A stretch of 20,000 bases of DNA. Origin: Trichomonas gallinae (taxonomy: Eukaryota). A program made the position numbers and the translations under genes. The notes beneath the pieces are model-generated. The model was not told the DNA's origin and ran no database searches. It was given only the letters and a program-made list of their open reading frames with translations. The stretch is taken from assembly GCA_008369845.1 (NCBI GenBank), contig MRSU01011701.1, positions 51,902 to 71,901 of the forward strand. The letters are read 5' to 3'. Positions 9,808 to 19,200 of the stretch are shown here, in pieces. Each line of letters starts with the position of its first letter. The first letter of the stretch is position 1.

Positions 9808-12800
9808 TTAGTTCTTCTTGGACTCAAGTGCAACGACTGCTTTGAGGGCAGCGACGCGAACATCAGGTGATTCGTCGACTGATGCACTGTTGACAGCTTC
9901 TACTGCACCGGCAGCATTCGCAGCTGCGGCGAAGTACAAAGCAACAGACTTGAGGCGGGAATCACTGCTTGTGGCAGCTTCAATCAAAGCCTGAGCAGCT
10001 TCCTTTGGTGCCTTGGAATCTTCAACTGATGCCTGTGCGAATGAGTCGGCGAACTCAGTGATAGACATTGAAGATAATGAAGGCTCAGCGTATGCGAGCT
10101 TCCTTGCGATCTGATCTACAGTCTTAATAGCGACATCTTTGCCTGTTGCGTAAATGTGGACCAAGCAGAGAGGATACATGATAGCGAGCATGTCCAATGC
10201 TTCCTTCTCGCACATCAAGGCGCCTGTTAGCGAAAGTGAGTAGATGATCTTGAGTTGTGTGTCCATATGTGAGTGTGTGCATAACATGCCCTTGACATAC
10301 TTGAGGATATCGACGCCGACGTTCTTCAACTGCTCTTCCGACATTGACTCGCTGGCAGTAAGGAGGAGCTGAGAGATATCACATTCATCCTTTACTGAAA
10401 GGCATAACTTGATGACTCTCTCGAAGTGTGCGGCTCTTAATGATGAGCTTGCCTTCTGGAGATTGATGAAAGCGTCAACAGCTGACTGTATGATATCCTT
10501 GTTATGAGTCTCAACGATCTTAGCGATTCCGTCGATTGCCTGAGCACATGTGTCTTCGTACTGTAACAAAGCTGACAAGCATGAGCATGCGACGATTGTG
10601 AACTCCTTGTCGTAAAGTCTGTCTTGTGTTGCGAGGTTAAGAAGTGTTGTTTTGTCAACGCGTGGCTTCTCGAGGAAAGCGACAAAGCTGTCGAAGTCTG
10701 TATCACCTTTAGGTGTGACTTCTGTCAAAATAATCTTTCTTGACATATCAACAGCCTTTGGTGTTGATGCTAATAACTTGTTCTTCATGACGAGTGTCGC
10801 GAATATTCCGCGCTCTCTTTCGACTTCGAATCTAAGATCGTTGCTTTCTGCTGAGTCATAAACAATTCTGAATGACACTTCACCCTTCTGTTCGCCTTCG
10901 AGCATGCCGTTGATCAAAACTTGTGTAATTGTTCTAGCGAGTTCTCTCCTTGTTATAAATCCGTTGAACAAGTTGGAAAGCCTTCTTGAATATGGAACAG
11001 AAAGAGCTGTGTCAACTGTCAATTCTGCGTTTGTGTTGATCAATGGAACAAAGGCGTCTTTCACATCCATGCCTGATGAGAAGCAGATCGCGTAATATTT
11101 GGCCGCCTCTTCAATGCTTGCGAGAAGTTTCTCATTCTTCGACATGACTTTGAGAACATCACAAGCAGTAGACTGATACTGGAACGGGCAATTAGAGCTG
11201 AATTGACCCAATGCTTCGAAGACAGATGGAATGTCGCTGACCAACAAATTTTCAGAAAGCGTCTCAGCGTTAACTTCACCTTTGTCAAAACCACTGAGTT
11301 TATTGAGGAGTTTTGTAGAAATGCTCTTTGCGAATTCGTTGATTGTTGTCATGTAAACGATTCCGTAGAAAGCGGCGAGTTTAGTGAGGTTCTTGTTGCC
11401 GACGTCTCCAATGTTGTCGACGACTTTGTTGACTGCCTGTAGTACGGAATCCTGAAGGTCGCCGAAAATGTGCTTCGTCATCATATCGTGATACTTCATC
11501 ATCACGGAATTATCCTTCTTGGACGATGCCGCAGCGATCTTGGCTGTTTGCATTATTACATTTGCGATGTCTGTTGACTTCCAGTTGCCTTTGATTTGCG
11601 CCAAGATTTCTGAAACAATAGAAAAGTCTCCGATGAGTTTGTCATCGATGCAAAAGGCTGAAGCAATGCCTGCGACAGATGCAACAACAATAGCAACATC
11701 GGAATCCTTCAATCCTCCGAGAACCCAATTTGCGAATTTTCTTGAATCGATTTTAACGTTGTTGTAAAGCAAAACTCTTGTGAGGGCTGATGCGAAGAAT
11801 CTAAGCTTCGCGAGTCTTGGGAGGCTGTCGAGAGAAATGAATCTTTGCTCAGCTGTGAAAGTGATGTTGTCGAGATTCATTGATTGGGGTGCTTTCGTTA
11901 AGAGCTCAGCGACGCAGAGAACTACGCCTGATACTGGAAGACCTGTTTCATTCTTCTTGACCCAGAATTTGTATTTGTTGTCAGCATTGGCAACGAGAAT
12001 GTCTGTCTGTGTCTTGGTAAACTTGTAAGCGAAGTCTGGAAGATAAATGGATGAAAGACCAATGAATTCTGCAATTGCTGAAACTTCTGTTAAATCTGAT
12101 CTTTCGAATTTGGACATGATTAATGTCAAAACTGAGTCAGCCTTAGTTCTGCAGTATTCGGACTTCATCAAGTGGCCGCAGAAAACCGCATAACCGCCGC
12201 GAAGAGCAGATCTGATGTTTGCTGGAAGAATTGGCTTGTCTCCTCCGTGGTGGATATATCCTTCGAAGTACTTCTGCGCGAATGAAAGAAGATCGAAGTG
12301 ATAATCTTGCGATTGGTTCTGATTAAGGACAATATCTGTCAATTCTTCAACTCTTGTGACATTTGACTGTGTCAATGAAAGAATGAGTTGCTGAATATGT
12401 GACTTTGTTTCAACGGACATCAATTCTGAGTAATAGAAGCTCATTAATAGAGCAATTAATTGAATTGGCTTAATCTTGATTGATTCAAGTCCTTCATCGT
12501 GATTCTTGATTGTTGAAATGTGAATTGAAGCAATTTCAATAAGTGTTGGTGATGAGAAGAAGTAGATTGGGTCATTGATATAATTAAAAATGACTGGATA
12601 AAGGATCTTGTACGATGATACAGATTGTCTCGCTGTAGCAATCAAAGCTAAGATTGTTCCACGAGCGTTTTGTTGATCATTACTGATGAAATAAATAACA
12701 TTCTTCAAAACATCATTGAGCTTCGGAATCTTGTCATCACATTTACGGATGAGTGTGCAGAAGCAGTTGCAGTACATTTCTTTCTGATCTGGCTTCAATC

Positions 12801-13938
12801 CAACGAATTTTACACTTGCAATTGCATCAACGAGCTTTCCAGCATAAGGAGTCGTAGAAAGAGAAGAGCAGAAATAGTTGAGAATGAAGAAAGCTGACTG
12901 ATGAGGAAGCTTTGATAATGTTGTTTCAAGTGCATAACCTGGATAAAGCAATTGGATTGTAGAAAGTGCCCCGACAGCTTCGTTGAGTGATTTCATGATC
13001 AAGCCGTCTGTCTGCATGTTCTGGAATTCGGAATTGATCAATTCGAACAAATATTTGGATAATTGCTGAGTTTGAACTGGAGGAAGCTCTCTTGCCTTTT
13101 CTAATGTTGACATGAAAGTGCTGACAGCTCCTGTTGCATGAAGACGCATGTTCTTGTTGCTGATTGCATCTGTGAACATATTCAAGAATTTATCTGCGCG
13201 TTTCTTGACTTCTGCTTCGCCAGCAATAATTGTGCAGCTTCCAACTGTCGATAATATGTGCTTTTGGATCTCATTTGTTGATGATTTATACCACATTGAA
13301 GCCATTTGCTCGAGTACTTCGCCTACGTAGATTGAAATGCAATTTCCTGTTGTGTATTGTACTGTTGGAGTAAGATTTACAGAAATTTGTGTGAATAAGT
13401 TGCAAATTGATTCACGTGTAGCTTCATCTGTGACTTTCGCTGATTTTTGGCATAACTGTATGAAAAGATTTGTCGGTTGGTTGTTGTTGATAAAGAAGGA
13501 CATCTCACCTGCGCGTGCACGCTTCAATAAGAACTCTGAGAGTGGCAAAGTAACATTGATGTCGTGAATTTCGTTTAAAACGCTCTGTGCGCTGCGATCA
13601 GCGAAATTACAGAGGATGTCTTGGCATATTTCTGATATTTCTCCGTCAATCTGCGGCGAGGCAATGAGTAATTGGATGATTGGTGGCGAAACGTTGCGAA
13701 TCAGATCTGATTCAGCGCTGAATTTCGTGATTTCTCGGATGCATTTTAACATTTCTGCACGATTTATCGGCAAAGATGATGAGAAAATGTTTAAGTTTTG
13801 GATAATAATCCTGCAAACTTTAGTTGCTGCTGGTTTTCCCATTTCAATGAGTGCATCTGATGCATATCTTACGATATCAGCAGATGGATCACTCAAAAGT
13901 TTAACAACTGATGAAATCAAAGCAGAAAAATCAGTCAT
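9808..13938 (-). CDS. Large HEAT-repeat protein, MROH1/HEATR7 (maestro heat-like repeat)-like, ~1376 aa
   Basis: Long ORF. The probable true start is MTDFSAL at 13938, because the ORF-track extension to 13995 runs through promoter-like motifs. The N-terminus (VKLLSDPSADIVRYASDALIEMGK...NRAEMLKCIREI...EICQDILCNFA...SVLNEI) and the C-terminal HEAT (DESPDVRVAALKAVVAL) resemble the ends of MROH1 as I recall them. The stop codon overlaps TAAA. Confidence 0.75.
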   Translation of the reverse strand: MTDFSALISSVVKLLSDPSADIVRYASDALIEMGKPAATKVCRIIIQNLNIFSSSLPINRAEMLKCIREITKFSAESDLIRNVSPPIIQLLIASPQIDGEISEICQDILCNFADRSAQSVLNEIHDINVTLPLSEFLLKRARAGEMSFFINNNQPTNLFIQLCQKSAKVTDEATRESICNLFTQISVNLTPTVQYTTGNCISIYVGEVLEQMASMWYKSSTNEIQKHILSTVGSCTIIAGEAEVKKRADKFLNMFTDAISNKNMRLHATGAVSTFMSTLEKARELPPVQTQQLSKYLFELINSEFQNMQTDGLIMKSLNEAVGALSTIQLLYPGYALETTLSKLPHQSAFFILNYFCSSLSTTPYAGKLVDAIASVKFVGLKPDQKEMYCNCFCTLIRKCDDKIPKLNDVLKNVIYFISNDQQNARGTILALIATARQSVSSYKILYPVIFNYINDPIYFFSSPTLIEIASIHISTIKNHDEGLESIKIKPIQLIALLMSFYYSELMSVETKSHIQQLILSLTQSNVTRVEELTDIVLNQNQSQDYHFDLLSFAQKYFEGYIHHGGDKPILPANIRSALRGGYAVFCGHLMKSEYCRTKADSVLTLIMSKFERSDLTEVSAIAEFIGLSSIYLPDFAYKFTKTQTDILVANADNKYKFWVKKNETGLPVSGVVLCVAELLTKAPQSMNLDNITFTAEQRFISLDSLPRLAKLRFFASALTRVLLYNNVKIDSRKFANWVLGGLKDSDVAIVVASVAGIASAFCIDDKLIGDFSIVSEILAQIKGNWKSTDIANVIMQTAKIAAASSKKDNSVMMKYHDMMTKHIFGDLQDSVLQAVNKVVDNIGDVGNKNLTKLAAFYGIVYMTTINEFAKSISTKLLNKLSGFDKGEVNAETLSENLLVSDIPSVFEALGQFSSNCPFQYQSTACDVLKVMSKNEKLLASIEEAAKYYAICFSSGMDVKDAFVPLINTNAELTVDTALSVPYSRRLSNLFNGFITRRELARTITQVLINGMLEGEQKGEVSFRIVYDSAESNDLRFEVERERGIFATLVMKNKLLASTPKAVDMSRKIILTEVTPKGDTDFDSFVAFLEKPRVDKTTLLNLATQDRLYDKEFTIVACSCLSALLQYEDTCAQAIDGIAKIVETHNKDIIQSAVDAFINLQKASSSLRAAHFERVIKLCLSVKDECDISQLLLTASESMSEEQLKNVGVDILKYVKGMLCTHSHMDTQLKIIYSLSLTGALMCEKEALDMLAIMYPLCLVHIYATGKDVAIKTVDQIARKLAYAEPSLSSMSITEFADSFAQASVEDSKAPKEAAQALIEAATSSDSRLKSVALYFAAAANAAGAVEAVNSASVDESPDVRVAALKAVVALESKKN

Positions 13939-13939
13939 A

Positions 13940-14431
13940 GTAATTTTGACGTCACTTTTATTCATTTCATTTTTCATATCACATTTCAGTGTCATTTTTA
14001 ACCATTTTATTTGACACTTTTATTGATGTCACCTTTATACTTTTTTCCATTTGACACCAATTTTTGTCAAAAATTAATCAGATGTATAATTAAATGAATA
14101 TTGGCACCGGTGATTAGAAATGAACTAACATGATAATATACTATACTTCCTAATAGTTCGAAAAAACTAAATCCTATCTATTTCAGTGACTCTAACATTT
14201 TCTAACATCTGTCAAAATTCCACCTGCTTAATTGTAGTGTACCAGTGATCAGAACTGAATTAACCTAGTAGGTAAACACGATAGTGTACTATACATCATA
14301 ATAGTATAAAAGAAACTAAATCTTACTTATTTTTTCTTCATTGTCAAATAATTGATTTTTTTTATTGACACTTTTAGAAATATTTCCAGTTTGTCACTTT
14401 TGAAGTGTCATGTTTTGAGATTGACACTTTT
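13940..14431. promoter_or_regulatory. Divergent promoter with clusters of TGACA/TGTCA motifs (AAAGTGAC 'motif 2'-like) near both gene starts
   Basis: TTGACACTTTT x3 (14011, 14365, 14421), GTCACTTTT x2 (13951, 14393; AAAAGTGAC on minus), AGTGTCAT x2 (13988, 14404), and a TGACGTCA palindrome at 13947-13954. Confidence 0.6.
14065..14336. repeat. Degenerate tandem duplication, period ~135-145 bp, 2 copies
   Basis: Copy A core 14105-14184: caccggtgattagaaatgaactaac-atgataatatactatacttcctaatagttcgaaaaaactaaatcctatctatttc. Copy B core 14240-14336: taccagtgatcagaactgaattaac[13-nt insert]acgatagtgtactatacatcataatagtataaaagaaactaaatcttacttatttttt. Both are preceded by TGTCAAAA (14065, 14210). Confidence 0.8.
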
Positions 14432-14448
14432 TGATTCAATTTTTCAAA

Positions 14449-15537
14449 ATTTTCTTCTCTTTATTATTTCTCATTAGAAGTGAGATTAATCTTGACGAGC
14501 CAATACTTAAAAGAATTGCTAACACAGATAGTTGGCCGCCACTGAAGATATACATATATCCAAAATCGATTTTCCCGAAAAAATTATATCAAATTTATCC
14601 TTCGCCTTATTATAGATCAGAAGAAATGGTAATTGACGCAATAATGAACTCAAAGGTTTACACATCTAGACCAGAAGAAGCAGATTTATTCTTAGTTCCT
14701 ATTCCGTTATCCGGAATGACCCATAAGCATTTCGCAGACCTTCATTTCTTTCTCCAAGAAAAACACAAGAAGTACTATTCGCGATATGGTGGCTGTGATC
14801 ACATATTCATTCATGGTTTACCAGCCAATAACGAAACTGCTGTTGCTATCCAAGAATTTGCAAGTTTAACACCACATTTTTTGACTTCTAACTATATAGT
14901 ATCAGGTGATCATATTAATACATGGAAACAAGCAAAAAATGTTATTTTACCATTAACTCCACAAACGACATACAAGAAGACTTCTAAAGGCAAAAAGATG
15001 CAAATTGTTTTTAATGCAGATACAACAAACTGCACTTATTACAACAAAGAACTTCGAGAATCCATAAAACGCGATATTAAAAAGTCGAAAAATATAGTTA
15101 TAGCTAAAACACATGGAGAAATGCTATCACTAATAGAAGAGTCAGCGTTTTCCATTGTAACTCCTTGTGAAAATGAAGTTGCACAAAATTATTATGATGC
15201 AATTAATGCATTATCGGTTCCCATTGTTATAAGTGACACAATGAGATTCCCATTTGAAGATGAATTGATTGACTACAAAGATTTCATTTTGCAATTTCCA
15301 GAAAAATTTGCAAAAGAAGTTATAAATGTCCTTCCACAAATGGAGGAACACTACAAGCAAATGGTAAAAGATATGAAGAGCGCCAGGAAGCTTTATAAAA
15401 TGGATCAAAATAATGGAGGCTATGCGTGGGCCCTATCATGGTCCTTATACATGAAATATCTATCATGGATCCCAATAAGAAGGAATAAGCTACTTGATGA
15501 TAACTTGAAGAATCCTTTGATATTTGATGCAATGTAA
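14449..15537 (+). CDS. Exostosin-family (GT47-like) glycosyltransferase with N-terminal signal/anchor; start codon abnormal (ATT at 14449; first in-frame ATG only at 14626)
   Basis: GT47 hallmarks: LKIYIYP, SEEMVIDAIMNSKVYTSRPEEADLFLVP, YSRYGGCDHIFIH, ESAFSIVTP...YYDAINALSVPIVISDTMRFPFEDELIDYKDF. A hydrophobic leader (FFSLLFLIRS) precedes the domain. Confidence 0.85.
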   Translation: MFFSLLFLIRSEINLDEPILKRIANTDSWPPLKIYIYPKSIFPKKLYQIYPSPYYRSEEMVIDAIMNSKVYTSRPEEADLFLVPIPLSGMTHKHFADLHFFLQEKHKKYYSRYGGCDHIFIHGLPANNETAVAIQEFASLTPHFLTSNYIVSGDHINTWKQAKNVILPLTPQTTYKKTSKGKKMQIVFNADTTNCTYYNKELRESIKRDIKKSKNIVIAKTHGEMLSLIEESAFSIVTPCENEVAQNYYDAINALSVPIVISDTMRFPFEDELIDYKDFILQFPEKFAKEVINVLPQMEEHYKQMVKDMKSARKLYKMDQNNGGYAWALSWSLYMKYLSWIPIRRNKLLDDNLKNPLIFDAM

Positions 15538-16248
15538 TTATATATTGTTTTTAGTAAATTTATTAATAGAGATGTATTTTAAATCAAGATAAATCTAAGA
15601 ACGCCATCTTACAAGATGCTATTTATTGATTTACCATTTGGATTCACAAATATGTTTTTTTTTTATTTTACTGTTGCAGAGATATTGATTGCTTAATCTA
15701 CCATTTAGTCCAAACATATATCATCGAATGGACTGTTACAATCTGCATCAATTATAGACAATGTGAATATAGTTTTTTTTGACATGTAAACACGAAAATG
15801 TCATGTAAATATAGTTACAATCCAGACAATCTTCAAAATGCCATTTTCTAATGTTGCTCACTTCATTCCATAGTATTTTATTCCATCATTTATTGTGGTC
15901 TGTAGAAACGGTTAGATTTGACATTTAAGTTTCATATAATTAGCTCAGGATTTATCGCATTAAATAAATTTATGAAATTTGCACTTGGCACTTGATTGTT
16001 TTCATTTCAAATTTACAATGATTATTTTGACGATTGAAATTGAGCATTAAATCAAATAAGAAAAAGAATTTTCACTCGGAAATTTTTTAATCTCTTTTCA
16101 GAAATATCAAGCTGAGATGATAAAATCCATTCAAAACTTAATCGGTTTATTTTTTTGAATTATTAATAATTATCAAAATTTTGTTTAACCGAGTTTGATT
16201 AATATAATATACATTTCTAGTATTTAAATCTGTTTTTGGTTGAGTTCA

Positions 16249-16254
16249 TCATTA
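16249..16254 (+). promoter_or_regulatory. Initiator (Inr) element TCATTA of the BspA-like gene
   Basis: The sequence gttcaTCATTAaactgtaagtaaATG matches TCAYTW, 12 nt before the ATG at 16267. Confidence 0.65.
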
Positions 16255-16266
16255 AACTGTAAGTAA

Positions 16267-19200
16267 ATGATATTTTTGCTTCTAATTTTAAGCATCAGCT
16301 ATAGTGAAGATTATCAAGGTGCTACAACTTTAATAATTCGTGGACGTTCATTAGAAATTCTGTCCACTCAACCATCCAATGGTATACGAGAAAATTTGTT
16401 AATCGAAAATTTTAGATCTATTGCAAATAATTTCTTGCAAAATAATAATGTTATTAAATATGTTACTATTAGTGATGTTAGAAGCATAGGAAGTTATGCT
16501 TTTGACAATTGTCAAAATCTCGAATCAGTTTCCATACATTCATACAGTGTAAGTATAGGTAACTACACATTTCGTTCATGTGTAAATTTATCAGTTTTCA
16601 ACACTTACATAGACTTCAGCCTAGGCGAAGGATGTTTTAAACATTGTATTCGTTTAACAAGTCCACCAAGATCCTCAAACCTTCCTTTATACTGCTATTA
16701 CAATTGCTCATCATTAACTACTGTTTCAGTTAAGAGCTCAGTTGAACATATTTATGACTGGTGTTTCTCTTATTGTACTAATCTTGAAAAAGTTATTTTT
16801 GAACGGGCAGATCAAGTTTTAAAAATAGGAAAATCTTTTGAGCATTGTCCTAATTTCAGGACTTTAGTCGCATATAGAACAATGGCATACTTTTGGCCTG
16901 TTGAGCAGCATTTTCCAAGCATTCAAAATATAGAAAATCTTGAATATATAACTAGTGGCCGAGTAGAAAATTCAGCATTTTTCATTCACTTTCATATTTT
17001 AAAGAATCTAAAAATCACATGTGATTCACTAGTTGGCAATTTTCCAGTTTTAAAGAATCTTGATAAACTTTATATCAATACTGCAAGTATTACAAATAGT
17101 GCTTTTGAACGTTATACAATTTCAGAGTTGGAATTTAGAGGAACTTACATTGGAGTGTCAGCATTCAATACATGTCAAAATTTGACAACAATCAAGCTGC
17201 CCAATATTATTACTATTGATGAAAAAGCATTTTACTGGTGCACAAGTCTAACATCTATTAATATATCAGAAACATTAATAACATTAGAACGATATGCATT
17301 TTATAAATGTTCATCATTAAGGAATGTAAATATCACCGGCAAAATTCAAAACATTCGAGAATATGCATTTGCAAACTGCACAAATCTTGAAACAGCATTT
17401 ATTTCAACCAATTCTGATTTAGAATTCGGACAATATACTTTTGATCATTGTGTAGCAATGAATTTAATTAATTTCTCATCAATGGGAGATATAACCGCAA
17501 ATAATTATGCGTTTCGGTACTGTCTTGCATTAGAAGCTTATTTCAGTGCTGGAAAAGTTACTATTGGTGAATGGTCATTCCGATATTGTTCAAAGTTGGC
17601 AAAAGTTGTTCTTAATGCCAAAAAAAGAGCACAAATAGGAGCAAATGCATTTGCTAATCTTCCTAATTTACAAGAATTTTACATTTTAAATTCAACAGTA
17701 ATTGCAAAAATTTGGGATAATGTTTTCGATTTTTGTACCAATCTCAGAGTTTTCGAATGCAATGTTCCATGTGATTTATCTCCCAGAACATTTATTGGAT
17801 GCAAAAGTCTTTTAAACATTGTTGTTTCAATTAATCTTCCTCCATATTGTTATTCTGGATGTACATCGCTCACGCAAGTCAATATTTCGAATCTGGTTGA
17901 TAACGTTGAAGATCATTGTTTCCAAAATTGTAATAACATAAGCTATTTGTTTATCGAATATCATTCAAGAAAGTCAATTAATTTTGCTTATAATGTATTT
18001 GAAGGACTTAACATTTTAACGCTGACTTCATTAAGACTAATGAATTTCGTTGGAAATTATCCTGGAGATTTTCCAAAATTGCTCACTAGTGTCAAAAATT
18101 TTACAATGTTTACAAACAATTATAATTCTAGATTAGTTATACGTGATCCAATTAAATTTACAAATTTAACATATGCAAATATTACATGTACAGCAATTGA
18201 AGGAAATGCGTTTTATGGTATTGATAAACTTAATTATTTATATTTTAAAGGACAATCTATAGAAAGCAGTGTATTTAAAGATTGCAGCAATCTTCAAACA
18301 GTCGAAGCACCAGATCTTAGATATTGTAGAGATAATGCTTTCAGATACTGCAGGAAAATTAAGACTATTGATGCCCCAAGATTAACAGAAATTGGACTCA
18401 ATGCATTTGGTAATTGTGAATCATTAATTGAAATTAAATTTACAACTTACTTAACAACCATCTCGCAATACGCATTTGCAACATGTAGGACTTTATATAA
18501 GTTGTCTTTCCCATACTCATTAAATCTGATTAATAGAGGTGCTTTTGGATGGTGTAGTAATCTTACAATTTTAATATTCGAAAAGTCATCTAGTGAGCTT
18601 AATCTTGTAAATGAAGCGTTTTATTTATGTAATAATGTTAGAATATTAAGTATTGGAAGATCAATAAATAATCATCAAAATCTTCCAACATCTCCACAAA
18701 ATGTAACCATTTATAATATTCCAACTGTCAATACATTTCGAAGCTTAAATTCGATAACTCATTTATTCATTGGCGAATCCTGTCAAAGAATAGAGCAAGG
18801 TTCATTTAACTCTCAACGAATTATTTTCATCCAATTTGAAGCATCATCCAATCCGATTGATATTCATGAAGATGCTTTTGATGATATACCAGAACTAGGA
18901 ACACTCATCATGGAAAGAGATATAGTAAATTTCAATGGAATGCAGAGGTTTCATTATTCATGTCATATCGAGTTGGATAGATTTAAAGTTATTCCTGATA
19001 ATGGGTTCCAATCTTTTCACCATTTAAGAACAATAAGAACAGGAAGCTATATTGAATCAATAGGAAACAATGCATTCCAAAACTTGCAACAACTCAATTA
19101 TGTGGGACTCGGACCGAAACTGAAAAAGATTGGAAATTATGCGTTTCACAACTGCAAATATCTGAATTATACAAAATTGCCTAATCAGTTAAATGAGATT

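Noticed and set aside
13939..13995. 19-codon N-terminal extension (MTLKCDMKNEMNKSDVKIT) of the HEAT protein
   Set aside because: It overlaps AAAGTGAC/TCAAAATT promoter-like motifs, and family similarity begins at MTDFSAL, so it is probably 5' flank.
10437..14014. Short ORFs overlapping the HEAT-repeat gene
   Set aside because: Shadow ORFs caused by biased codon usage on the opposite strand.
14120..14135. ACTAAC branch-point-like word, suggesting an intron that could supply an ATG to the GT47 gene
   Set aside because: It is followed by ATGATA, not the ACACAG 3' splice motif, and lies ~300 nt too far upstream.
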